A stretch of 64,000 nt of DNA from an uncultured Bacillota bacterium. GTDB lineage: Bacteria; Bacillota_I; Bacilli_A; RFN20; CAG-826. Under the pieces are notes generated by a model. It ran no database searches. It saw nothing but the letters and a program-made list of their open reading frames with translations, and was not told the DNA's origin. Location: NCBI GenBank assembly GCA_949293555.1, contig CASFDV010000003.1, positions 7,614-71,613 on the forward strand. Reading direction: 5' to 3'. Shown in pieces: positions 17,303-27,181 of this stretch (within the stretch, counting starts at the first letter, position 1; the number at the start of each line of letters is the position of its first letter). A program made the position numbers and the translations under genes.

Positions 17303-19258
17303 ATGTTCCGCCTATACAAGCGCCTTCGCCCCTTGGACTGGGGGATCGTGGCCATCATCGTGGGGCTCACCATCCTCCAGGTGTGGTGCACCATGCTTCT
17401 CGTCGACTACACGAGCGAGATGATCAGCGCCATCCAGCTTTTGAACTGCCATAACTCCGCCTCGGAGTTCCTTCTCATGGCGGAAAGCGCCTTCGGGGAG
17501 GAGGGGGCCCCCTTCGTGGAGACGCTCCGCGCGCTTCTTGCCCCTCACACGACCGCCACGGGGGCGATCGACTGGGGCGGCCTCCTCGTGGACCCCTCCT
17601 ACCAAGGGCTCCTTGCTTCTTTCCCGGCGGGGCTCCAGGACGTCTTCCATTCCCTTGAGTCGGCTTCCCCGGGAGACATCTGGGTCAACGCGGGCATGAT
17701 GGTGCTCGTCGCCCTTGGGACGGCTTCCTGCCAGATCCTCATCGAGGTGCTCGCCAGCCGCGTCACCGCGAACCTTGCCTCCCGCGTCAGGGACGAGTTC
17801 CACCACAAGGTCGATTCCTTCGGCCTCGGGGAAATCCGCCGCTTCTCAACCGCCTCCTTGATCACCAGGGCGACCAACGACGTCCAGCAGGTCTCGATGT
17901 GCACGCTCCTTCTCCTCAGGATGGTGTTCGCCGCCCCAGTGACCGCGATCTGGGCGATCTGCAAGATCCAGTCCGTCGCCGGGGAGCTGACGCTGGCGAC
18001 CGCCCTCGCCGTGCTCGTCCTCGTGGCCGCCCTCGTTTCCCTCATGCTCCTCGTCCTTTCGGAGTTCAAGAGGATGCAGAAGAGGATCGACCTCCTGAAC
18101 TCCCTCACCGAGGAGAACCTTTCGGGCATCCGCGTGGTCCGCGCCTATGAGGCGGAAGGCTACCAGGAAGGGAAGTTCCGGAAGGCGAACGCCGAGCTGA
18201 CGAGGAGCCAGCTTTTCACAGGAAGGGTCCTCGCCCTCCTTTCGCCCGCGATGATGATCGTCATGAACGGGCTGACCCTCGCCATCTACTGGATCGGCGC
18301 CTATCTCATAAACCGGGGCGGGACCACCCTCGACTACGCCTCCATGAGCGCCTTCAGCTCCCTTGCCACCCAGATCGTCATGTCCTTCATGATGCTCCTG
18401 ATGATGTTCGTTCTCTGGCCGCGCGCCTCGGTGAGCGCCCGCCGCATCAACGAGGTCCTGGGGACGACGCCTGCCATCGAGGATCCGGAAGCGGAGGAAG
18501 CCCTGGCGGAAGAGGGAACCGTCGAGTTCCGCGACGTTAGCTTCCGCTACCCCGATAGCGAGGCTGACGTCATCGAGCACGTGAGCTTCCGCGCCAGGAA
18601 GGGGGACACCGTCGCCTTCATCGGCTCGACCGGCTCGGGGAAGAGCACCCTCGTGAACCTCGTCCCGCGGCTATACGACGTTTCCGACGGCGAGGTCCTC
18701 GTGGACGGGGTCGACGTGAGGAAGATAAGGCAGGACACCCTCCGGAAGAAGGTCGCGCTCGTCCCGCAGGCCGGGGTCCTCTTCACCGGGACCGTCCGTT
18801 CGAACGTCGGGCTTGGCGCGCCCTCCCTCAGCGAGGAGAAATGCCGCGAGGCCCTCCGGCTCAGCGAGGCGCTTTCCTTCGTCGAGGAGATGGAAGGGGG
18901 ACTGGACGCCCCGATCGCCCAGGGAGGCACGAACGTCTCCGGCGGGCAGAGGCAGAGGCTATGCATCGCCCGGGCGCTCGCGGTCGATCCCGAGATCCTC
19001 GTCTTCGACGATTCCTTCAGCGCCCTCGACTTCAAGACGGACCGCTCCGTCAGGGAGAACCTCGCCCGGGAGGCGAAGGGAATCACCAAGCTCATCGTCG
19101 CCCAGAGGATCGGCACCATCATGGACGCCGACCTCATCCTCGTCCTTCAGGAAGGCAAGGTCGTCGGGGAGGGAAAGCACGAGGAACTCCTGCAGAACTG
19201 CCCTGTTTATCGCGATATCGCCCTCAGCCAGATGTCGAAGGAGGAGCTTGGCCTATGA
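17303..19258 (+). CDS. ABC exporter half (TMD+NBD), degenerate-site subunit
   Basis: GSTGSGKS, VSGGQRQR, Walker B FDDSFS and switch AQR. Confidence 0.92.
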   Translation: MFRLYKRLRPLDWGIVAIIVGLTILQVWCTMLLVDYTSEMISAIQLLNCHNSASEFLLMAESAFGEEGAPFVETLRALLAPHTTATGAIDWGGLLVDPSYQGLLASFPAGLQDVFHSLESASPGDIWVNAGMMVLVALGTASCQILIEVLASRVTANLASRVRDEFHHKVDSFGLGEIRRFSTASLITRATNDVQQVSMCTLLLLRMVFAAPVTAIWAICKIQSVAGELTLATALAVLVLVAALVSLMLLVLSEFKRMQKRIDLLNSLTEENLSGIRVVRAYEAEGYQEGKFRKANAELTRSQLFTGRVLALLSPAMMIVMNGLTLAIYWIGAYLINRGGTTLDYASMSAFSSLATQIVMSFMMLLMMFVLWPRASVSARRINEVLGTTPAIEDPEAEEALAEEGTVEFRDVSFRYPDSEADVIEHVSFRARKGDTVAFIGSTGSGKSTLVNLVPRLYDVSDGEVLVDGVDVRKIRQDTLRKKVALVPQAGVLFTGTVRSNVGLGAPSLSEEKCREALRLSEALSFVEEMEGGLDAPIAQGGTNVSGGQRQRLCIARALAVDPEILVFDDSFSALDFKTDRSVRENLAREAKGITKLIVAQRIGTIMDADLILVLQEGKVVGEGKHEELLQNCPVYRDIALSQMSKEELGL

Positions 19259-21039
19259 GAAGGGACGCGCTCGACAAGAAGGCTTTCCAGAGTTTGTTCA
19301 GGTCCTTGGGGAAGAAGGGGATCCTCCCTGTCCTCATCTCTTCCCTCCTCCTCATCCTTTCCGTCGTCCTCCAGATCCTCGCGCCGACCTACCTCAAGGA
19401 GTTCACCGACCAGATCGCGGACGGCTACCTGGCCCACGCGATCGACATGGATGCCCTCCTCAGGACCGGGATCACCCTCATCTCCTTCTATGTCGCGGTC
19501 GCGGTTTCGGGCTACCTGGCGAACTTCATCCTCACGACCGTCACCCAGCGCTACGCAGAGCGGCTGCGGAACGAGATCGCCCGGAAGATCAACCGCGTGC
19601 CGCTTAGCTACTTCGACGGCCACCAGCACGGGGACGTCCTCTCGACCCTCACCAACGACGTCGACCAGATCGGGAGCTCCCTCCAGCAGGCGGTGGGCAT
19701 GGTCGTCCAGTCCCTCTTCATGCTCGTAGGCGTCCTCGTCGCGATGTTCAGCGTCTCCTGGCAGATGGCCCTTTCCGCGATGGCCTCCCTCCCCCTCATG
19801 GCAGTCTTCGTCCTGATCGTCCTGAAGATGGCGATGCCTCGCTTCAAGAGGAGGCAGGACGGGATCGCCGCGGTGAACGCGCTCGTCGAGGAGATATACA
19901 AGGGCCACCTCATCATCAAGGCGTTCCGCGCCTCCTCGAAGACCGGGGAGGCCTTCCGGAAGAGGAACGAGGAGCTTCGCGAGGCCATGTTCCAGGCCCA
20001 GTGCCTCGGCGGCCTCTTCCAGCCCTTCATGAGCTTCATGAGCTACTTCGCCTACGCGGCCGTGTTCCTCGTCGGCGGCCTTCTCATGAACGAAGGGGCG
20101 GGCATCACCTTCGGGACGATCGCCGCCTTCCTCGTCTACGTCTCCCTCTTCCAGTCGCCCCTCAGCCAGCTCGCCCAGGCGATGAACACCCTCCAGATGG
20201 CCGGCGCAAGCGCCTCCCGCGTCTTCTCCTTCCTCGGGGAGGAGGAAATGCCGGACGAATCCGGGAAGAAGCCCGTCTTCCTGCCGGCGGGAGGGGAACG
20301 GCCCCTCAAGGGCGAGGTCGTCTTCGAGAACGTCTCCTTCTCCTACGACGGGGAGCGCGAGATCATCCACGGCTTCAGCGCGAAGGTGGAGCCAGGCATG
20401 AAGGTCGCGATCGTCGGCCCCACGGGCGCGGGGAAGACGACGATGGTGAACCTCCTGATGCGCTTCTACGAGATCGAGGGAGGCAGGATCCTCATCGACG
20501 GGACGCCGCTTTCCTCCTTGTCCAGGGACGAGGTCCACCGCCTCTTCGGGATGGTGCTCCAGGACTCATGGGTGTTCCGCGGCTCGATCCGCGAGAACCT
20601 CGTCTACAACACCCCGGACGTCGGGGAGGAGAGGATCCAGGAGGCCCTCCGGGACTGCTCGCTCTGCCACTACGTGCAGACCCTTCCGGGCGGGCTTTCC
20701 CACGTAGTCGAGGATCCCGGCGAGATCGCCGGAGGGCAAAGGCAGCTCCTCACTATTGCGAGGGCCGAGATCAAGGATGCGCCGCTCCTCATCCTCGATG
20801 AGGCGACGAGCAACGTCGACACGAGGACCGAGGAAAAGATCCAGGAGGCGATGGACCGCCTCATGGAGGGGCGCACCTCCTTCGTCATCGCCCATCGCCT
20901 ATCCACGATCAAGAACGCCGACCTCATCCTCGTCATGAAGGACGGGGACATCGTCGAGCAAGGGACCCACGACTCCCTCATGGAGCAGGGCGGGTTCTAC
21001 AAGGGCCTCTACGAGGCGCAGTTCAGCCTGGGGGACTAG
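19255..21039 (+). CDS. ABC exporter half (TMD+NBD), partner subunit
   Basis: ATGA overlap. GPTGAGKT, IAGGQRQ, LDEATS and AHRL. Confidence 0.92.
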   Translation: MRRDALDKKAFQSLFRSLGKKGILPVLISSLLLILSVVLQILAPTYLKEFTDQIADGYLAHAIDMDALLRTGITLISFYVAVAVSGYLANFILTTVTQRYAERLRNEIARKINRVPLSYFDGHQHGDVLSTLTNDVDQIGSSLQQAVGMVVQSLFMLVGVLVAMFSVSWQMALSAMASLPLMAVFVLIVLKMAMPRFKRRQDGIAAVNALVEEIYKGHLIIKAFRASSKTGEAFRKRNEELREAMFQAQCLGGLFQPFMSFMSYFAYAAVFLVGGLLMNEGAGITFGTIAAFLVYVSLFQSPLSQLAQAMNTLQMAGASASRVFSFLGEEEMPDESGKKPVFLPAGGERPLKGEVVFENVSFSYDGEREIIHGFSAKVEPGMKVAIVGPTGAGKTTMVNLLMRFYEIEGGRILIDGTPLSSLSRDEVHRLFGMVLQDSWVFRGSIRENLVYNTPDVGEERIQEALRDCSLCHYVQTLPGGLSHVVEDPGEIAGGQRQLLTIARAEIKDAPLLILDEATSNVDTRTEEKIQEAMDRLMEGRTSFVIAHRLSTIKNADLILVMKDGDIVEQGTHDSLMEQGGFYKGLYEAQFSLGD

Positions 21040-21842
21040 AGGCTAGGGACGCTCCCGTCCTCGCCGAAGTAGAAGATGACGCGCCTCGTGCTGTCCTCGA
21101 ACTCCTCCTCGAGGTCCAGCGGATGGACGCCTTCTCCCGGATCTTTCCCGGCTTCCTCGGGGGACCAGCCGTCCCCTCCATGGAGGATGACGTTCCCTTT
21201 CCAGTCTTCGGGCGCGAATATGTCGAGGGACTTCCCTCCGATCGCGCGCTGGCCGTCCTTATGGACGATCGTGCCCGCGCCCCCTGATATCTCGAGGGTG
21301 GAGCGTTCCTCCATGTGGATGTAGATAGGCACTTCCTCGCCTTCCCGCGATCCTAGTAGGGGATAGCCTTGCTGGAACCGGTATTCCTCCGAGTGGGCGA
21401 TGGTCACGTGCCCCTTGATGGCGAGATGGAGCGGCGTTTCGTTCGTGTTGAGGAACTGCTCCTCGCTCGTGCGGACGTCGATGTCCTCAAGCGTCAGGAA
21501 GAAGTCCCTGTAGGTGGGGAGGGCGATGGAGAAGTCGGCCTCCTCCCCTCCTCCGACGATCCGGAGGGACTTGAGGGCATAGGGAAGGTAGATGTCGACG
21601 TGCTCGGCCCCGTATCGTGGCATGTAGTGGACCGTCATGGCCTCCTTCTCGGTTTCTTGAAGGAGCTCCTTGAGGTCCTCGGGTTCCCTCACGGGGTTCT
21701 CCATGCTCCCGAGGTCCTCGGGAAGTCCTTCCTCCTCGCCCTTGGGGAGAAGATGGATCGCCGTCTCCGTACCGAGGTAGGCGAAGCCCCCTAGGGAAGC
21801 GAGGCACCCGATGGTCGCGAACGCGGAAGCTAGCTTATGCAT
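21036..21842 (-). CDS. Hypothetical secreted or membrane-anchored acidic protein
   Basis: N-terminal hydrophobic helix and host-like codon usage. TAAAAT lies 7 nt before ATG 21842. Confidence 0.65.
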   Translation of the reverse strand: MHKLASAFATIGCLASLGGFAYLGTETAIHLLPKGEEEGLPEDLGSMENPVREPEDLKELLQETEKEAMTVHYMPRYGAEHVDIYLPYALKSLRIVGGGEEADFSIALPTYRDFFLTLEDIDVRTSEEQFLNTNETPLHLAIKGHVTIAHSEEYRFQQGYPLLGSREGEEVPIYIHMEERSTLEISGGAGTIVHKDGQRAIGGKSLDIFAPEDWKGNVILHGGDGWSPEEAGKDPGEGVHPLDLEEEFEDSTRRVIFYFGEDGSVPSL

Positions 21843-22056
21843 CGCCTGGATTTTACCCCAAACCGAGTGGAAATCGGGCATTGCAGGGAGCATATCCTCC
21901 TACTCATCCCGGTTCGCTTAGCGAAGATTTCGCATTAACCTTGCATTACCTAGACCAAAGGGCTGGTTTCTGAGCGAATTGCCGAATAGTTGAGCATCTT
22001 CACGTTCCTTTCGCACCCTCCCCACGCGCGGGAGCCGTGGTTAAAATGTCTTCCGT

Positions 22057-23505
22057 ATGGAAAAGATCGAGTCCGGGGCGCGTCCTGCCCTCCGCCTGAA
22101 CTACAAGCGGACTTTCCTCATCGGCTTCGCCTTCTTCGGGATCCTGCTCCTTTGGCAGGTGTACGACTCCTGGTGCCCCACGATCCTCACCGAGCTCTTC
22201 GCCCGGAACATATTCGGCGTGGAAGGGGGCGCCGCCCTCTCGGAGGAGCTTTCCCTCGAGGTGCAGTACCTCGTAGGCATCATGATGGCGATCGATAACC
22301 TCGCCGCGCTCATCCTCCTTCCGATCTTCGGCTCCCTGAGCGACAAGACGAAGTCTCCCATCGGCAAGAGGATGCCCTACATCCTCGCCGGAACGCTGGT
22401 CGCCGCGCTCGCCTTCCCCTTCATCCCGCTTCTCTTCCACTACCTCCCCGACCAGATCGGCGGGCTCGTCGGCGTCATCCTCATCATGCTCGTCGTCATC
22501 GTCGCGATGATGACCTACCGGAGCCCGGCGGTCTCCCTCATGCCCGACCTCACGCCGAAGCCCCTCCGGAGCAAGGCGAACGGAATCATCAACATCATGG
22601 GCTACCTCGGCGGGGCCTGCGCCACCTTCATGGGGATGGGCTTCGTCCTGAGCGACTACGTCCGCGACCCGGAAAGCTGGTGCTACCAGAACATCTGGGC
22701 GATCGAGCTCCCCTTCCTCATCGCCTCCCTCCTCATGGTGGTGTCCGCCTTCGTCCTCTTCTTCAAGGTGAAGGAGAACAAGCTGGCCGAGGAGCTCCGT
22801 CCCGAGCTCGAGGAAGGGGAGAGGCTTTCCATGACCGCGGAGAAGGTCGACGACGACAAGCCGATGGCGAAGGCGAACAAGGTCATGCTCGGCCTCATCC
22901 TCGGGGCCGAGGTCTGCTGGTTCATGGCGGATAACGCGGTCAACACCTTCTTCTCCCTCTTCGTCCAGTACTACCTGAACTGCTCGACCTCCTCGAGCTC
23001 CCTCCTCACCATCCTCGGCGGCGTCTTCAGCGTCCTCGGCTTCTGGTTCGGGGGAGTGATCGCCGACAGGATCGGAAGGAAGTGGACGATCTCGATCGGC
23101 CTCGGCCTTTATATCGTCGGGGCGATCCTCATGTGCTTCGCCTGGCCGACGGAAGGGGCGGATGGCGCCTACGTCCTCCCGTGGATCCTCTACCTCGTCT
23201 TCCCGATCAAAGGCTTCGGGATCGCCCTCGTCAACACCTGCAGCTTCCCGATGGTCGTCGAGCTCTGCTCCTCGAAGAAGGTCGGGAAGTTCACCAGCTA
23301 CTACTACGCCGCCTCGATGGGGGCCCAGTCCGTCACCTCGATCGCCCTGGGCGGGCTCCTCTACCTGACGAAGAGCTACAGCACCCTTCCCATCTACGCG
23401 ACCTGCTTCATGGCGGCCGCCTTCCTGATCTTCCTCTTCGTGAGGAACATCAAGGCCAAGGTGGTCCGCACCAAGAGGGGACTTGAGGCCCTCGATCAGG
23501 ACTAG
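22057..23505 (+). CDS. MFS sugar transporter (SLC45 / maltose permease-like)
   Basis: GSLSDKTKSPIGKRMPYI and IADRIGRK motifs, about 12 TM segments, close to malQ. Confidence 0.85.
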   Translation: MEKIESGARPALRLNYKRTFLIGFAFFGILLLWQVYDSWCPTILTELFARNIFGVEGGAALSEELSLEVQYLVGIMMAIDNLAALILLPIFGSLSDKTKSPIGKRMPYILAGTLVAALAFPFIPLLFHYLPDQIGGLVGVILIMLVVIVAMMTYRSPAVSLMPDLTPKPLRSKANGIINIMGYLGGACATFMGMGFVLSDYVRDPESWCYQNIWAIELPFLIASLLMVVSAFVLFFKVKENKLAEELRPELEEGERLSMTAEKVDDDKPMAKANKVMLGLILGAEVCWFMADNAVNTFFSLFVQYYLNCSTSSSSLLTILGGVFSVLGFWFGGVIADRIGRKWTISIGLGLYIVGAILMCFAWPTEGADGAYVLPWILYLVFPIKGFGIALVNTCSFPMVVELCSSKKVGKFTSYYYAASMGAQSVTSIALGGLLYLTKSYSTLPIYATCFMAAAFLIFLFVRNIKAKVVRTKRGLEALDQD

Positions 23506-23513
23506 GAGGGGAT

Positions 23514-24518
23514 ATGCCAGCGATCATCACCCATTACGCCTTCGCCCTCGGGGCGATGGAGAGGAAGGACCGCGCTCCTGAGGAGAAGGAAGCCCTCCTC
23601 GTCGGCGCCCAGGGGCCCGACCCCTTCTTCTTTTTCGGCCAGCGCCCCTGGCTCCGCCGCCATAGCAGGGAGGAGGTCACCTCCTTCGGGCACGAACTCC
23701 ACCACGTCGACCCCACCGACTGCTACTTCCTCATGATGGACGAGGCGCGGAAGGAGGGGGACGAGAAGGCGAGGAGGATCCTCTTCTCCTACCTCGAGGG
23801 GCTCTTGCTCCACTACTCGCTCGACCGGAACTGCCACCCCTACGTCTGGAGCCGCTGCGGCTACGGGCGGACTCCGGAGGAGAAGAAGGAGTGGGGGGCG
23901 AGCCATACGTGGCTGGAGACCCTCATCGACCGCGTCTATGGCGGGGAGAAGGGCGTCTTCACCATCCACGCGGACAAGTACCTCGCGCTCGACTATCGCT
24001 CCGCCTCTCTCATCGGCGCCCTTTGGGCGAAGGCGAACGACGCCACGCTAAGGAAGGAATCCTTCGATGAGAACTCCTTCCTCCTTTCCCTCGTCGACTA
24101 CCGGGCCATCATGCGCCTGACGAACGTCCCCCACGGCTGGAGCCGCTTCCTCACGCGTCTGATGGGGAAGAAGTCCGTCCCCTTCCGCATGAACCTTCCG
24201 ATCCGCCTCAAGCCAGAGGAGGAGGCTCTCGACGTCATGAACGAGAGGCACGCCATGTGGCGCGACCCCGTCATGGGCCATCACCGGAGCGAGTCGCTCC
24301 ACGAGCTCATGGGGAAGGCGGAGGAGGACTACAAGGTCGCCCTCGGGATCCTCAAGGACGCCTTCGAGGGGAAGGAAGGCGCCAAGGAAGCGCTCCGGCG
24401 CTTTTCTCACGGCCTCGACCACGACGGCTACCGCCCGAGCGAGAAGCTCCTCTACATGAGCCCGATCTGGCCCGGCTCCCGGGAGAGGGCCCCCAAGGAC
24501 GAGAGAAAGGCGGGATGA
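23514..24518 (+). CDS. Zinc-dependent phospholipase C family protein
   Basis: MPAIITH, GAQGPD, LHYSLDRNCHPYV and HTWLE. Confidence 0.8.
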   Translation: MPAIITHYAFALGAMERKDRAPEEKEALLVGAQGPDPFFFFGQRPWLRRHSREEVTSFGHELHHVDPTDCYFLMMDEARKEGDEKARRILFSYLEGLLLHYSLDRNCHPYVWSRCGYGRTPEEKKEWGASHTWLETLIDRVYGGEKGVFTIHADKYLALDYRSASLIGALWAKANDATLRKESFDENSFLLSLVDYRAIMRLTNVPHGWSRFLTRLMGKKSVPFRMNLPIRLKPEEEALDVMNERHAMWRDPVMGHHRSESLHELMGKAEEDYKVALGILKDAFEGKEGAKEALRRFSHGLDHDGYRPSEKLLYMSPIWPGSRERAPKDERKAG

Positions 24519-26077
24519 AGCTTTTCCGGAGCGGGTTCTGGGCGAAGGCGGTCACCTGCCTTACGATCCTCGTCGAGCTGGCGCTCCTGATCGCTTTCTC
24601 CTACCTCTTTTCCGCCGGAATCCTCGAAAGCGAGTACGCGGCCATCTTCGTCCTCGTCCTTTTGCTCCTCAACCTCATGGCGATCGTCATCGCGGTGAAC
24701 GCGGGCGGGGAGACGGACTACAAGGTGAGCTGGCTCGCCTTCCTGGGCGCGATTCCCGTGTTCGGCCTCCTTTTCTACGTCCTTTTCGCCCACAAGTTCA
24801 CGAGCCCCTCGCAGAAGGCGTACATGAAGCGCTACGACGAGGCCCTCCTGAAGCGCGAGACGGAGCCTTCCACCCTCAAGGCGTTGGATGCCCTCAACCC
24901 CTCCGGAGGGAGGATCGCCCGCTATATAGAGCGTTCCTCGCACGGGGCGCTCTACCGGAACAGCGCCGTGACCTACTTCCCCCTGGGGGACGAGGCCTTC
25001 CCCGCGATGCTGGAGGAGCTAAGGAAGGCAAGGCACTATATCTTCCTCGAGTACTTCATCATCCATCCCGGGATCTTCTGGGACGAGATCCTGAAGATCC
25101 TGAAGGAAAAGGCGAAGGCGGGCCTGGATATCCGCCTCATGTACGACGACGTCGGCTCCTTGGCCACCATTCCGAGTGGATATCGGCAGGAACTCCGCAA
25201 AATGGGTATCAAATGCGAGGTATTCATGCCGATCCGCCCGTTTCTGGACATCCGGATGAACAACCGCGACCACCGCAAGATCCTCGTGATCGACGGGCAT
25301 ACCGCCTTCTCGGGAGGCATCAACCTCGCCGACGAGTACATCAACGCGGTCCCGCGCTTCGGGCATTGGAAGGACAACGCGGTCATGGTGAAGGGGAAGG
25401 CCGTCGAGGGCTTCACCCTCCTCTTCCTCGCCAACTGGGCGGCCTCCTTCGATCCCAAGGGCAAGATCGACTACGACTACTACCGGCCCGAGACCTTCAT
25501 CGACGAGGCCGGGGGCTTCCCTTCCTCGGAAGGCTTCCTTTCGCCCTACGGGGACGTGCCTTACGACGACTGGTCCACCGGGGCCGGGGTATATAGCGCC
25601 ATCATCACGGGAAGCCGCCGCTACCTTTATGTCTCGACCCCCTACCTCATCCTGGACTCCAGGCTCAGGGACGAGCTATGCCAGGCCGCCCTCTCGGGCG
25701 TGGACGTACGCATCCTTACCCCCCATATCCCCGACAAGAAGACGGTGTTCCAGTTGACGAGGGCGAACTACGGCCCCCTCCTCAAGGCGGGCGTGCGCGT
25801 CTTCGAGTACACCCCGGGGTTCGTCCACCAGAAGATGTTCGTCTCCGACGACTCCCTCGCCACATGCGGAACGATCAACCTCGACTACCGCTCGCTTTAC
25901 CTCCACCTCGAGAACGGCCTCTTCATCGCGGAAAGCCCCGTCATCATGAAGATGAGGGACGACTTCCTCGAGAGCCTTTCCCGTTCTGAGGAATGGACCT
26001 ACGAGACGTGGAAGAAAAGGAGGAGGGGGAAGCGCGCCTTCTGGGCGATACTCCGCGTCTTCGCCCCGTTGCTCTAG
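24515..26077 (+). CDS. cls: Cardiolipin synthase
   Basis: Two HKD motifs (RDHRKILVID and HQKMFVSD...GTINLD), N-terminal TM segments, ATGA overlap. Confidence 0.92.
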   Translation: MKLFRSGFWAKAVTCLTILVELALLIAFSYLFSAGILESEYAAIFVLVLLLLNLMAIVIAVNAGGETDYKVSWLAFLGAIPVFGLLFYVLFAHKFTSPSQKAYMKRYDEALLKRETEPSTLKALDALNPSGGRIARYIERSSHGALYRNSAVTYFPLGDEAFPAMLEELRKARHYIFLEYFIIHPGIFWDEILKILKEKAKAGLDIRLMYDDVGSLATIPSGYRQELRKMGIKCEVFMPIRPFLDIRMNNRDHRKILVIDGHTAFSGGINLADEYINAVPRFGHWKDNAVMVKGKAVEGFTLLFLANWAASFDPKGKIDYDYYRPETFIDEAGGFPSSEGFLSPYGDVPYDDWSTGAGVYSAIITGSRRYLYVSTPYLILDSRLRDELCQAALSGVDVRILTPHIPDKKTVFQLTRANYGPLLKAGVRVFEYTPGFVHQKMFVSDDSLATCGTINLDYRSLYLHLENGLFIAESPVIMKMRDDFLESLSRSEEWTYETWKKRRRGKRAFWAILRVFAPLL

Positions 26078-27057
26078 TGAAGGTCGGGTGCTGGACGAGG
26101 GGAGGGGCCTCCTATCTGCTCCTCCGGAACAAGGACGGCTTCCGGATTGTCCTTTGCGACGTCGGGGCTTCCGTCCGCGACATGTCCTGGAAGGGAAGGC
26201 CGCTCGTCGTCTCTCCCAGGGAGGAAGCGACTTTCCTTTCTTCCTCCTGCCAGTACGGGAAGTCCATCGGGAGGATCGCCGGGAGGATCCCCGGCGCCAC
26301 CCTCCCCTTCCTCGGGGAAACCCTTTCCCTGGAAGAAAGCTGGCCGGGCTGCACGATGCACGGCGGCCCCCATGGCTTCTCGATGCGGAGGTTCCGCATG
26401 GAGACGAGCCACTTCCGGGAGGGGGTCCGCGTCACCTTCTCCCTCCTTTCCCCGGACGGGGAAGGGGGCTTCCCCGGGGAACTGCACGCCATCTTCCACT
26501 ACTTCGTCCCCGAGAGGGGGGCCTGGTTCCGCTACGAAAGCGCGGCCCTTTCGAACAAGGCGACCCCCTACTCGCCCACCCTGCACCTATATTTCAACCT
26601 CGGGGGAGAGGGGGATGTCCTTTCCCACTCTCTCCTCCTTCCGGCGGATTCCATCGTGGAGACGGACGAGCGTCTCTTCCCCATCGGGAAGAAGAACATC
26701 GAAGAGGGCGGGCCCTTCGACTTCCATGAGGAGCGTCCGATCGGGGAGAGGATCGACGATCCCTTGCTCCAGGGGACGGGCGGGTACGACCACACCCTCT
26801 ATCTTGAGAGAGGGAAGCCCGTCCTTTTAAGGAACAAAGGGCTCTCGCTCAGGATCGAGACGGATTTCCCGGCGGTCCAGCTTTACACGGACAATCGCGG
26901 GAGCGGGCTTCCCCTCACCAACGGAAGGAACGAGGGGGATCGCGCCGGCGTCGCGATCGAACCCTTCTACCCCTTGGTGGACATCCGGGCGATGGGCCTT
27001 CTCCCGATGCGCCAGAGAAAGAACGTCACCACTTACTTCTTCGAGGAAAATCCCTAG
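26077..27057 (+). CDS. galM: Aldose 1-epimerase (mutarotase)
   Basis: GRIAGRI, MHGG, FPG, HLYFNL, YDH and VQLYT. GTG start overlaps the cls stop. Confidence 0.85.
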   Translation: MKVGCWTRGGASYLLLRNKDGFRIVLCDVGASVRDMSWKGRPLVVSPREEATFLSSSCQYGKSIGRIAGRIPGATLPFLGETLSLEESWPGCTMHGGPHGFSMRRFRMETSHFREGVRVTFSLLSPDGEGGFPGELHAIFHYFVPERGAWFRYESAALSNKATPYSPTLHLYFNLGGEGDVLSHSLLLPADSIVETDERLFPIGKKNIEEGGPFDFHEERPIGERIDDPLLQGTGGYDHTLYLERGKPVLLRNKGLSLRIETDFPAVQLYTDNRGSGLPLTNGRNEGDRAGVAIEPFYPLVDIRAMGLLPMRQRKNVTTYFFEENP

Positions 27058-27181
27058 AAATCCCATTCCCTTTTTCTGAATTCGCTAGATTTCCTTGCTT
27101 GAGGGAATGGCCTCGCCATTCTCCGGGAGCGCGAAAGCGCCCGTCCCATGCTATAATCCGAGGGAAAAGCGAGGATAACGA

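Noticed and set aside
18841-19254. N-terminal extension of the second ABC subunit (similar cases at 24257, 25993, 53415, 56673)
   Set aside because: It overlaps the upstream gene, and a coupled start exists at the gene junction.
21921-21952. GCGAA-GAT-TTCGC dyad and GCATTA repeats between divergent genes as a LacI/MalR operator
   Set aside because: Short and single-copy, and I found no convincing match upstream of malQ.
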